Positions 18,515-27,422 of a stretch of DNA of 56,801 nt are shown here, one piece after another; within the stretch, counting starts at the first letter, position 1; each line of letters begins with the position of its first letter. The notes beneath the pieces are model-generated. The model was not told the origin of the DNA. It made no database searches and saw nothing but the letters and a program-made list of their open reading frames with translations. The position numbers and the translations under genes were made by a program. Origin of the DNA: a virus (Duplodnaviria > Caudoviricetes); IMG/VR virus record IMGVR_UViG_3300037504_000230, positions 1 to 56,801 of that record. One strand, given 5' to 3'.

Positions 18515-19645
18515 TCACTTCTCCACAATCTCTCGGCTACCTATGGTATCAATTTCATAGTGGTAGCCAAACGTTGTTACGACAGCATCGTGCGTATAGG
18601 TATCATTCCCATCGCTCGGATCACGCCATAGCCTGAGCCCGATTTGCGCGCCAATGATTAAACTCCCGCCGCCAATAGTGCCCATATCTAGGCGCGTCTC
18701 TTGCCACGCACTGCCCGGCGCGGCCTGGGCTTGTGTCAGCGCCCCGCTACCAAAAAGTGTGCCTGACTCAAACATATAATAATCAATATTCCACTGGACG
18801 CTCCCGCTGTCACCTGTAGTAGGTGCCCAGTGGATGTGTGGTACTATATCGGCGTTTTGCTTGGCCTCATGCGGGTGCTCTGACCACGCGCTGACCTCTT
18901 CAGTAGTGTTCACGCCATCAAACGCTACAACCTCGATGTTAGTCCCGTTAATATCCGTGAGATCTGGCGCACCCGCGCCCTTTGTAAACTGCGCTGGGTC
19001 AAAATTCTTATCGCGCCATACGGTTGCGCTGCCATAGGCCGCATACGTCCCGTCGGGCTCGAATTGCGAGTAACTTGTGCCACCCGCAATATCGCCAAAC
19101 GCTTGGTTTCCGTCCAGCGCGACTAAAATCACGCCAACAGACGGGTTTTTACGAGTTACTTTACCGATGCGCACTGTGAAGTTTGGCGCATCCGGTTGCG
19201 AGTTACGCAAGCCGCCCGCCGTGGACTCGCTCAAGTAGAGCGTATCGCCCTCGGCATAGGCGTTGGTATTCAGCCCTCGTACAAGGCCAGCGACCGTGAT
19301 GTATCCATCAGTGTTATTCTCGATGTCCGCCGTCGCAACGCCAAGGATATTACTCGTCGTCGCGCCATTCGCCTGCGCCTTAGCAACCGTTGGTCGGTTG
19401 CCAGTTGCGCCGGTAATGTAAACAACGCTGCCATTCTCGATAGTCGCCCCGGTATCATTCCTGGCCTTGACATGCATCTCTTGCCCTACCTGCACCACGA
19501 CGTCAGAGACGTCCGTCATCACGGCTAGCGTGTTGGCATTGTCATCCCAGTATACACGCCCCTCAACGTGAGGCGGCGCGTTAATCTCGGTATCGAGTTG
19601 TAGCTGGCGGATCTCGATAACACGAACACCGTTGTCGACTGACAT
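18515..19645 (-). CDS. Putative head fibre/appendage protein
   Basis: N.TG.TI..G.VVYI.G...LGVAT..I..GYITV.G.V..LNT cement-like fibre domain; in the head operon. Confidence 0.6.
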   Translation of the reverse strand: MSVDNGVRVIEIRQLQLDTEINAPPHVEGRVYWDDNANTLAVMTDVSDVVVQVGQEMHVKARNDTGATIENGSVVYITGATGNRPTVAKAQANGATTSNILGVATADIENNTDGYITVAGLVRGLNTNAYAEGDTLYLSESTAGGLRNSQPDAPNFTVRIGKVTRKNPSVGVILVALDGNQAFGDIAGGTSYSQFEPDGTYAAYGSATVWRDKNFDPAQFTKGAGAPDLTDINGTNIEVVAFDGVNTTEEVSAWSEHPHEAKQNADIVPHIHWAPTTGDSGSVQWNIDYYMFESGTLFGSGALTQAQAAPGSAWQETRLDMGTIGGGSLIIGAQIGLRLWRDPSDGNDTYTHDAVVTTFGYHYEIDTIGSREIVEK

Positions 19646-20016
19646 TACAACGCCCCCTCTTCAATTAGCGTCATCTCTGCGCCGTAAGTCGCTTGCCCTG
19701 TATTTTCCCACGCCCATATGATTGCATCACCACGACGCGGTGTGACATTGAAGTCATTTTCATCTAGGACGCGGCTTGTAATACCACCCATATCGCCAGA
19801 ATAAAGTACGGCGTCATAGTCCGCGCCCGTGCGGTGATCCAGCGTAATCGTAAGTGTATCGCCCTGCTGACCCGCAGCGTCTAGGTGGATCGTGAATGAC
19901 TTGAACGCGGCGGCTTGGTCTAGTGCGCCCGTCGTGTCTGACATCGCGGCAGAGCCCGTGGTCGTGTATTTGTGGATTACACCGCCGCCTATTTGACTGA
20001 CTTGCTCAGTTGCCAT
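19645..20016 (-). CDS. Small beta-rich putative virion protein
   Basis: GGAGG RBS before MATEQ; first gene after the late promoter. Confidence 0.65.
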   Translation of the reverse strand: MATEQVSQIGGGVIHKYTTTGSAAMSDTTGALDQAAAFKSFTIHLDAAGQQGDTLTITLDHRTGADYDAVLYSGDMGGITSRVLDENDFNVTPRRGDAIIWAWENTGQATYGAEMTLIEEGAL

Positions 20017-20028
20017 TATCCCTCCCAA

Positions 20029-20069
20029 CAAAAAAAGAGGCCGTCCCCGCGTATGCGGGAATCGGCCTC
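20029..20069 (-). terminator. Intrinsic terminator / attenuator in the leader of the head operon
   Basis: GAGGCCG-attcccgcatacgcgggga-CGGCCTC followed by T7 on the minus strand, just before the RBS. Confidence 0.75.
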
Positions 20070-20100
20070 CAAGGGCTTCGGTTTATTTAGCTACATTTAC

Positions 20101-20129
20101 ATTGTACCATACACGCCTACGATTGTCAA
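20101..20129 (-). promoter_or_regulatory. Sigma70-type promoter for head/tail genes
   Basis: TTGACA-17 bp-TACAAT with a TG extension. Confidence 0.8.
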
Positions 20130-20146
20130 ATTACCCCCCCCCCTAT

Positions 20147-20380
20147 TCATATCACTGCACTCCCCAGGTGCTCCTCTACGTCATCGACTAAATCCCGCCA
20201 CCGTATCCGCAGTAACTCGCGGCCTAAGTCACGCGCGCGCTGGCCGTTGCGGTCCTTAAACTCAATATACGGTATACCGCAATGCACCACGACGCGCGCG
20301 CAGGTGCAGCCGTCGAGACGGATCATGCCGTCCGCGCGGATGTGGGCGTGTTCGATGGCTGTTGCGCGGCCGTCAGTCAT
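20147..20380 (-). CDS. Small hypothetical protein, possible Com-like regulator
   Basis: TAATG-coupled to the portal gene; CTC..HC..IEFKD loosely like the Com IEIKC motif. Confidence 0.55.
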   Translation of the reverse strand: MTDGRATAIEHAHIRADGMIRLDGCTCARVVVHCGIPYIEFKDRNGQRARDLGRELLRIRWRDLVDDVEEHLGSAVI

Positions 20381-22356
20381 TAGAAATTCCCTCGCTTATC
20401 CATACGCGTGCGCTCCAAACGACAGTCACAATTCCAGCCACCACACTCTAGCACTTGTGTTTGCGGTAGCCATCCCGACCTCAGCCACTCGCGGCCCGTA
20501 TGCACCTGGCCGTCAAGGCGTAGGCAGTCTGCGCAGTGCTCGATTGTACCCCCTAGCCGCCAAACATAGTTTGCTTCCAGGTCGCTACGTACTGTCGCCT
20601 GATTCGCCAGCGCCATGGCGCTCATTAACCACAGTGTCACGCGCGCAGCCAGGGCTCCGGGTTTTACGTCACCCTCATCGTCTTCAAAGTTGCCCGCATA
20701 TATATCCTCCTTGAGACGCGGAACAGAATCCAGGTTGACCTGCTGGTATTTCTGAATCTCTAGCCAGTCATCATTATTAAGTTCTTGTATAGGCTTACCT
20801 GACGCACGGAGGTACAGCGCCAGCGAGACGCTACCGATAAGTGCGGTTAGCTCGTCCTCAAACTCCTCTTCTGTGATTTCGCCCTCGGCGGCGCGCTCGG
20901 CTAGGTCGGCCAGGTTGTCGCTATAGCCCGCCAACACCTCGTCGGCGCTGGCGTTTCCCGTCGTAGGGACAAATGGATCGACTTGGTTAACGCGCACCTG
21001 TAGGGCAATCTCATCCCGCTCCGGCTCCGGCGGTAGTCCTAACAGCTCGCGGTCCTCCTCGCGTGTAGATGGGTAGGAAACTAACGGATCGCGGGATAGC
21101 GTTTGTCTTGCCTCCGCGCGCGCCCTGATAATCTCGGCTTGCTCTTCATCGCTCATATCAATGATTGACGGCCAGCGCCAGGCGTCAGAGTCCTCATCAT
21201 AGGTCCCGACATCGTAGCTATCGGGCGGCTCTGGTAACGCGCCTATCCCGATAAGGCGATCAATGAATGGCCGCAGGATGTTTGGCTCGGCATGCGTCTC
21301 CTGTCGCTGCGCAATGTGGCCCGCCCACTGGCGCGTGTCCTCGCGCGCGCTCGCTAATTCACCCGCTGCGCTGCCGGTGAGGATGCGTTTAGGAATACGG
21401 GTTGCGGAACTTATGAGGTCCAGCTCACTATCAATATTTCCAGAGACGTCTGGCACGTTCTCTTGGCCGACATCCATCACATCCATGTTGCCATAGCCGA
21501 CTTTAATAAGGCGCATCATGCCATCAGCGTACTCCTGGATTGCGTCTAGGAAGTCGTCATTGTCAGTCGTTAGTTTATATCCCTCACCTGGCTTAATTAC
21601 GAGGCCCTTACGCATATTAAGCCACGCGGCCTCGGCGGCACCGCCGTGGTATTTGAGTAGGTCCACGAGATACATCAGGCATGATTCGAGGCGCGGCGTC
21701 CCATAGACCTCTGAGGTATCGCGATTCTCGGCAATGTGCAAGATGCGCGTCCAGTGGTAAACACCCAGCTCGCTATCACTGTCGCCCGCGGCCAGGCGGA
21801 TTTTATAGCGCTCTGGGAGACCATAGCGGGCGCTACGTCGGTCTTTATTCCACTCAATATTAACAACGTCGCCTTCCCAGAACGGGCGCAGATATAGGAT
21901 GTCGTCGGCGCCTGCCTGCTCTAGCGGGTCTGCACTGCCCTCACCCTCGGCTAACGCCGTGCCGACGATCACGCCGCCATACGACCCGATACCGCTAATA
22001 CGATCCGCACGACTTAGGACAGACCATGCGCGCAGGCGCTCAGATAGCTCACCCCATGCTCTGACAAACTCGGTATTAACTTCGCCGCCTTCTGTGATAG
22101 CAGGCGGACGCTTCCAGGTATCATCGGCAGGCAGCGAGACAATGGCATGCGCGATGCCACCCTGGCGATACCAGAGATAGTAGATGTCCTCATCGGGCGA
22201 CTTGTAATATCCCAGCGTGCCGAAATAGTCACGCTGTAGCCCATGCCCGTAAATGCCGTTGAGGTACTGCTGATATACGCGGCGGAATGAGTGTTCTAAG
22301 TTGGCAACTAACTCGCGCGCCCGCGCCTCCTCATGTGTAAGTTCTTCTACTACCAT
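20380..22356 (-). CDS. Portal protein (DUF1073-type) fused to a C-terminal MuF-like minor head domain
   Basis: RYGLPERY, HWTRILH, ATRIPKRILTG..GELAS portal motifs; C-terminal W.LG..EHC.DC..LDG...CGGWNCDC. Confidence 0.85.
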   Translation of the reverse strand: MVVEELTHEEARARELVANLEHSFRRVYQQYLNGIYGHGLQRDYFGTLGYYKSPDEDIYYLWYRQGGIAHAIVSLPADDTWKRPPAITEGGEVNTEFVRAWGELSERLRAWSVLSRADRISGIGSYGGVIVGTALAEGEGSADPLEQAGADDILYLRPFWEGDVVNIEWNKDRRSARYGLPERYKIRLAAGDSDSELGVYHWTRILHIAENRDTSEVYGTPRLESCLMYLVDLLKYHGGAAEAAWLNMRKGLVIKPGEGYKLTTDNDDFLDAIQEYADGMMRLIKVGYGNMDVMDVGQENVPDVSGNIDSELDLISSATRIPKRILTGSAAGELASAREDTRQWAGHIAQRQETHAEPNILRPFIDRLIGIGALPEPPDSYDVGTYDEDSDAWRWPSIIDMSDEEQAEIIRARAEARQTLSRDPLVSYPSTREEDRELLGLPPEPERDEIALQVRVNQVDPFVPTTGNASADEVLAGYSDNLADLAERAAEGEITEEEFEDELTALIGSVSLALYLRASGKPIQELNNDDWLEIQKYQQVNLDSVPRLKEDIYAGNFEDDEGDVKPGALAARVTLWLMSAMALANQATVRSDLEANYVWRLGGTIEHCADCLRLDGQVHTGREWLRSGWLPQTQVLECGGWNCDCRLERTRMDKRGNF

Positions 22357-23537
22357 AATCTGGTTACCTCCTTAAGTTCGCCGCTATCCAACAGCAACTC
22401 CGTCGCCGCCCATACCAGCGCATCGAGGCGGTTTGGGCTCGCGTTGCCCGGCTCCCACTGGCATAGCTCATCCTCTAGCGCATCGAAGGCGCCCACGTGA
22501 TGCGCACGCCCTTGCTCGTACAGCGCGGCTACCGGATCTGCTCTTACTGCCTTGCCGCGACTGGCGTGAACCAACTTCACGGGCACGCGGCCGTCAATGG
22601 TCGCAATCGTAGACGCTACCATGTCGCCACCATAGTTCGCCTCAGCCACCACGAGGTCGGCCTTCGCCTTGTGGTACAGCGTCACGACGGCGGAGGCCCA
22701 CTCGTTGGGCGTGCCGTGCAGCGTTGCATCCCCCAGGACATAGATTGCGTCGCCGTGCCGACCGGCGGCGATCACGCCCTGTGCATCGCCTGACTTGCTA
22801 CCCGATGGGTCCACACCCACCACGAGGCGTTCTAATCGTGGTGCCTCGGTAAGGCGCGTGCTGTCAATCCACTCGCGCTTCCAGAGCGCGCTAGGGTTGT
22901 CGGTGAGGAAATCCGCCTCGTACTCCTGGCGAAAGATGCGATGTAGCATCGTGCGTTTCGCGGCCTCGATCTCGTCGGGATCAATGTACGGGTTGTCGTA
23001 GGTGCTGAATCGCCACGACTGCCAGTCGGGATAGTCCGGATCCTGACCGCGCAGCCATAACTCGCGGAACCAATTAAGGCCGTGCGGCGTGCTGATAAAC
23101 AACGCGCCACCCTTGCGGTCTGAGAGTGCTGGCCTGAGCGCCTCGCGCCATGCCTCGGCCTTCATATAGGCGCATTCGTCCAGCACAACGAAGTTCAGGC
23201 CCTCACTACGCAGTGACTGCGGGTCGTCGGCGCTGCGCACTTGCACACTACCGCCCGTCGGGAATTCGACTTGACGGTCAACGATGCGCACGCGCGCGCC
23301 AGGGAACTGCTGCGCCAACAGGCGGATCCCGCGCCAACCGACTGCGCCGAGTTTATACGACGGCGCGACCCACCAGGCGCGGCCGCCCTCTAGTCCGACT
23401 TTGTAGCACAGCGCCTCGCCGAGGTAGCTCTTGCCGAAACGGCGCCCGCAGGCTAAGACCTTGAACCGCGCCGGATGCAACGCGACTTCGCGTTGTGCGG
23501 CGTGTAGCGGCGGTAAGGTGACATTAATCGCCATCAT
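22350..23537 (-). CDS. terL: Terminase large subunit
   Basis: Walker A CGRRFGKS, Walker B VVLDE, ISTP, VGVDPS nuclease, NRLDALVWA. Confidence 0.95.
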   Translation of the reverse strand: MMAINVTLPPLHAAQREVALHPARFKVLACGRRFGKSYLGEALCYKVGLEGGRAWWVAPSYKLGAVGWRGIRLLAQQFPGARVRIVDRQVEFPTGGSVQVRSADDPQSLRSEGLNFVVLDECAYMKAEAWREALRPALSDRKGGALFISTPHGLNWFRELWLRGQDPDYPDWQSWRFSTYDNPYIDPDEIEAAKRTMLHRIFRQEYEADFLTDNPSALWKREWIDSTRLTEAPRLERLVVGVDPSGSKSGDAQGVIAAGRHGDAIYVLGDATLHGTPNEWASAVVTLYHKAKADLVVAEANYGGDMVASTIATIDGRVPVKLVHASRGKAVRADPVAALYEQGRAHHVGAFDALEDELCQWEPGNASPNRLDALVWAATELLLDSGELKEVTRLW

Positions 23538-23967
23538 TGTCTCCCGGCCAGCGGATAACGATGTCGCCAAGGTCAATGGCGTGTTGGTCTGGAGCGTCCA
23601 GGCCCAGGTAGCGCGCCCTGCGGTCCATGATCTTGAGTACGCGGTCGACGGCCTTGTAGTCGCCGTGAACGTAGGCATCCTCCCAGAGCGACTTTAGCAA
23701 GTTATCCAGGCGCTCCAGCTCCAGTTGGCGCACGTCCTCGGCGGCGTCGTTGATCTCCGTGCGCAGTTTCTCAAGTTCGCGCTTCACGTCCTTATAGGCA
23801 TAGCGTTGATCCCAGCCGTTAGGTAGACGGCCCTTGAATTGTCGCTCCATGGCACGCGCGATCTCTGGATACGACGCGCCACCACGACGTAGGCGCAGGA
23901 CGTGCTCGCGCCGCTCGGCGGTTTCGAGTAAGTCGGACGTGGTGCGTGCCTTGTTCGGGTTAGACAT
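23524..23967 (-). CDS. terS: Terminase small subunit
   Basis: HTH LRRGGASYPEIA, LERLD, IMDRRARYLGLDAP; precedes TerL. Confidence 0.8.
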   Translation of the reverse strand: MSNPNKARTTSDLLETAERREHVLRLRRGGASYPEIARAMERQFKGRLPNGWDQRYAYKDVKRELEKLRTEINDAAEDVRQLELERLDNLLKSLWEDAYVHGDYKAVDRVLKIMDRRARYLGLDAPDQHAIDLGDIVIRWPGDNDGD

Positions 23968-25129
23968 CTCTTACCTGCCCATGTTTACCGCACGCGCCAT
24001 CGTAAACGCAACGCGCCTCATGCGAGTCAAGCGCTGGACCAACATACTCGAATGTAATCGGCATGCGCTTGGGTATACGCCCAGAGAACCACTTGCCGCG
24101 CGCATGCGACGTTGTGCTGTGACGCGATCCCCTCCGCCTAAGCGCAGGCTTACTCTTCATGCGCCACTTTAGAGACTTGGCTCGACTGGCTATCACGCCA
24201 GGATGACTGGAGCGCGAATAATACCGCAGCCCGATACCGCGCAACACACTGCCCATATAGTGACTCAGCGCATTGCCAATCCCGACGCCCTGGAAGTCGG
24301 GAAGGCATACCAAGCGATGCTCGCGGCGGATGTGGTCTGTATCAGGATGCGGGAAATTAAGCACGGAGACAAACGCCACGGGCGAATCGCGCCAGAACGC
24401 GACGTAGAACCGCGATCCCGTATTTAACTCCGCGCTTAAATAGTGATGCTTCCTGAATAGTTGCCAAGCACTGTGATGCACGCGCTTAACCTCCAGCTCG
24501 ATGAGCGGGCGTCGGTGAAGATACCTCCCGCTATAAAATTCATTGGTGTGCGGCTGATATACCCAGTCCGGCTCAAGCCAGTCCAGGATGTCGTAATGAC
24601 AACTGACGGCGATGAACTTCTGGCCGCGACGACGCACCGTCTTAGCTATAGCCGCGCTTCCAATTTGCGCCACGGTGCGATCAACGACGCTGGTAAACTC
24701 ATCAACCACGGCCATGTCCTTATTCTCCGCCAGCGTGCGCGCTATCGTAACGCGAAATTGCTCGCCCGTGCTCAGTACGCGGTAAGGTCGCACCCATGAC
24801 GGCGGCGAAGAGAACCCCACACTGCTAAGCAGGCGCGTTATTTCCTTAACACTGATGTCCTGCGGGAACGCATCTAATACGCTTTTCCCTGCGGGCCAAT
24901 CCAGCTCGCCCGCTATATAGTCACCGAATAACTCACGTGCTACCGTAGTCTTCCCACTCCCCGACGGCCCAACAATCGCACCGACGCGCCAGTCCTGCGG
25001 TAAGTCAAACTCGACGCGCCACGTCTCGCGGCTGCGCTCCGAGGGCGGGACATCGAACAACCCTTCGAGTTGCATCACACGCGGCGTGCGCTCAACCCTA
25101 ACTTCTCTTACGATATTAGCGCTTGGCAC
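23960..25129 (-). CDS. ABC-type ATPase fused to GNAT (Mom-like) acetyltransferase
   Basis: GPSGSGKT, LSTGEQFR, VVDEFTS, SCH; HHYL and RLVCLPDFQGVGIG acetyl-CoA motif. Confidence 0.85.
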   Translation of the reverse strand: MPSANIVREVRVERTPRVMQLEGLFDVPPSERSRETWRVEFDLPQDWRVGAIVGPSGSGKTTVARELFGDYIAGELDWPAGKSVLDAFPQDISVKEITRLLSSVGFSSPPSWVRPYRVLSTGEQFRVTIARTLAENKDMAVVDEFTSVVDRTVAQIGSAAIAKTVRRRGQKFIAVSCHYDILDWLEPDWVYQPHTNEFYSGRYLHRRPLIELEVKRVHHSAWQLFRKHHYLSAELNTGSRFYVAFWRDSPVAFVSVLNFPHPDTDHIRREHRLVCLPDFQGVGIGNALSHYMGSVLRGIGLRYYSRSSHPGVIASRAKSLKWRMKSKPALRRRGSRHSTTSHARGKWFSGRIPKRMPITFEYVGPALDSHEARCVYDGACGKHGQVRDV

Positions 25130-25695
25130 GCTATGCCCTCCTCACCGAATCGCTTCAGTAGCTCAAGTTGCTCTTCTTCCGACTGGCACTCTATGAGTAT
25201 CAGCCACTGCTCTGGTACGATGTCCACGCCGCCAACCAACCCATCCTCCAGCGGCCCATCGCCCTCTAATCCTAAGTCGAATTCTAATTCCTTCTCCGTC
25301 CACAGTCCGGCTAGTAACTCCTCATCGGCCTCGCGGATGTCGGCTAACACATCCACGTCCCAGTCGAGTGACACCTCGCCCGTGCGGTTGTCGAGTAACG
25401 CCAGCCTGATGGCCTCGCGGCTACCGGCCTCGATGTCATCGCGCTGCACGATCACGACTTGCCGCCCGTCGGTGTGGACTACAACAGCGTCTTCGATACC
25501 GGCGTCAACGAGCGCCTGCTGCGTCTTGTTGCCGGCCAGCACCACGCCGTCGCGGGACACCACAAGAGAGCGACCCGCGCCCACCTCGCTGATGCTTTTC
25601 TCTAGCAGTTGGCTACCGCGCTCCGTGCCTTGATTGGCGTTATTCGGATCGGGCGGGAAGTCGGTTATGCGGCGGCGCTCGATCTGCTCAGTCAT
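25108..25695 (-). CDS. ParB-N-like domain protein
   Basis: PDPNNAN..T, SISEVGAGRS, LAGNKT, ALLDNRT. Confidence 0.75.
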   Translation of the reverse strand: MTEQIERRRITDFPPDPNNANQGTERGSQLLEKSISEVGAGRSLVVSRDGVVLAGNKTQQALVDAGIEDAVVVHTDGRQVVIVQRDDIEAGSREAIRLALLDNRTGEVSLDWDVDVLADIREADEELLAGLWTEKELEFDLGLEGDGPLEDGLVGGVDIVPEQWLILIECQSEEEQLELLKRFGEEGIACQALIS

Positions 25696-25909
25696 GCGCT
25701 GGCTCCCGCATGATCGGGCGCTTGAACGTATAGCGCAGCGCATAGCCACGTTTCCGCTCTATAGTGCTGACGGCTACCAACTCCCAACCATGACGGCCAG
25801 CGTCGCTGAGGAACTCAATGTCGTCAGCGGACTTCAGCATGTGCTTGCCGGTGTATTGCAGATACTCCCATTGCTGTGGCGCGGCAATCATTTGTGCTTG
25901 CATTGGCAT
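25688..25909 (-). CDS. DUF4177-like small protein
   Basis: WEY...GRHGWELVAV...FKRP. Confidence 0.65.
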   Translation of the reverse strand: MPMQAQMIAAPQQWEYLQYTGKHMLKSADDIEFLSDAGRHGWELVAVSTIERKRGYALRYTFKRPIMREPAHD

Positions 25910-25913
25910 ACAA

Positions 25914-26426
25914 TCATCCTTCCCACTGCTCGCGCAGGATGCGCAAATCATCCTGCAGTGCTCTGATAATCGCATCCGTATGTTTCGTCATGTGCTCAAG
26001 TTGGCCCTCTAGCCGCATGGCATACGCGCGGTAGAACTCGCCGTCCTTGGCGCTGGTGTCCGGCGTGGTCGCGCGGCGGTCCCAGGCGGCCCAGGCTGCG
26101 TCTATGTGACCATGGACGGCGGTCTTAACATTGCGCCCGCGGCACCGCACGTAAATCAGGCCCGGTACACCGTCGGCGCATGCTGCCTCTCCGCAGAACG
26201 GGCAGCGTTTATGTGGCGGCCATTGCTCGGCGGCGGGTATGATGTCCTGGTCTACGCGGGAGAATCGTATTAAGAAATCCGACGGCCCTATACTGTAACT
26301 GAGGCCCTCGAATCCAATAGGGCCATCTAACGGCCTTACCTTAATCCTTCCTTCGTCCACATGGAGAACTTTAACGATGCCGCCCTCTTCATTCATCCAC
26401 ACTTGCCCAACTTCGACTCTACCCAT
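25914..26426 (-). CDS. Lar-like (restriction alleviation) zinc-ribbon domain protein
   Basis: CPFCG...YVRC...AAWDRR. Confidence 0.65.
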   Translation of the reverse strand: MGRVEVGQVWMNEEGGIVKVLHVDEGRIKVRPLDGPIGFEGLSYSIGPSDFLIRFSRVDQDIIPAAEQWPPHKRCPFCGEAACADGVPGLIYVRCRGRNVKTAVHGHIDAAWAAWDRRATTPDTSAKDGEFYRAYAMRLEGQLEHMTKHTDAIIRALQDDLRILREQWEG

Positions 26427-26940
26427 TAATCATCCCTCCGTAGCATCCATACTCCCGCATCACGTCCCGATACTTCCCGCAGCGCTCGGCGCATAGTCCG
26501 CCGCGATAGACGCATAGCGGGACCATGTGCGCCTGTAGCGCCTTGTCCGCATCACCCATCGCCTCGCGGACCGCCTCCCAGACTATCCGCGTATCCACCC
26601 ATGCGCGGTGACATAGGCGCATATGGCTAATATTGATAATGGCCTGCGCGTTGGCCCAGGCGCAAAGGTCGCGTAACTGTGGATAGGCCGCATCATGCCT
26701 AACGCGGTCCGGGCGCTGGGTGCGAACAAACCACTCGACGCCGATCTTGTGGCGCACGAGGTGCGTATGTACGCGGTTGGTTACGCCGTGGATCTCAATC
26801 CAGAACATCTGCGTCCGGATCGGGCTGTGGCCTAGCGCGTAGGCGTGTACTGGGTCCATATCCACGTCGTGGTAGGTCGTGGCGCTAAAGGCGTGCATCA
26901 TAAGGCTGTAAGGCGTGCATTTGTCAATCGTTACATTCAA
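26419..26940 (-). CDS. thyX: FAD-dependent thymidylate synthase (short ThyX-like)
   Basis: HSPIR, HLVRHK...TQRPDR, RLC..A..TR, VP.CVYRGGLC. Confidence 0.75.
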   Translation of the reverse strand: MNVTIDKCTPYSLMMHAFSATTYHDVDMDPVHAYALGHSPIRTQMFWIEIHGVTNRVHTHLVRHKIGVEWFVRTQRPDRVRHDAAYPQLRDLCAWANAQAIINISHMRLCHRAWVDTRIVWEAVREAMGDADKALQAHMVPLCVYRGGLCAERCGKYRDVMREYGCYGGMING

Positions 26941-26960
26941 ATTTCCCTCCTTATATCCTC

Positions 26961-26989
26961 ATTGTACCATAATCCATCTATGACTTCAA
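26961..26989 (-). promoter_or_regulatory. Sigma70-type promoter upstream of thyX and packaging genes
   Basis: TTGAAG-17 bp-TACAAT with a TG extension. Confidence 0.65.
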
Positions 26990-27073
26990 CTTTTCGCCTT
27001 CCGGCGCGCCTCCCGGCGATGCTGGCGGCGCATGTGTCGCCGTAGTCGCCAGCGCTTACGCTTGGGCGGGCGC

Positions 27074-27421
27074 CTACGGGAGCGGGATTTGCCCATTAGC
27101 TATCGCCGTCACAACTAACATAATCAGCGCCGCGACCAGGAGTGTAATTAAAATGCCCTCGACTATATTCAAGGCGCGCTTGAATATAGAGACTGTGGGC
27201 TGCATATCCGCCACCATGGCCTCTAACTCGTCAACGCGGATATTTGTGCACTTGTTGGCGTCCTGCAAGTGCCCGATGACGCGCGTTAAGTCACCGCGCA
27301 GCTCCTCGATAGCGCGCTCGTTGGCAGCAAAACCTGACTGTACCAGGGTCTCTAGCCGCGTTAAACGACGCTCCGTGCCCAGGTCGCCGGTTTGCGGGAG
27401 TGCTGGCGGCGGCGTGCCCAT
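27074..27421 (-). CDS. Coiled-coil protein with C-terminal transmembrane helix (lysis-associated)
   Basis: RLTRLET coiled coil and hydrophobic ILITLLVAALIMLVV; follows the endolysin. Confidence 0.6.
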   Translation of the reverse strand: MGTPPPALPQTGDLGTERRLTRLETLVQSGFAANERAIEELRGDLTRVIGHLQDANKCTNIRVDELEAMVADMQPTVSIFKRALNIVEGILITLLVAALIMLVVTAIANGQIPLP

Positions 27422-27422
27422 A

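Noticed and set aside
20380-22356. Anti-CBASS (Acb1) function for the DUF1073 protein
   Set aside because: Position after terL and the motifs indicate a portal; no HxT/HxS phosphoesterase pair seen
23960-25129. ABC transporter
   Set aside because: No permease gene; the ATPase is fused to a GNAT domain
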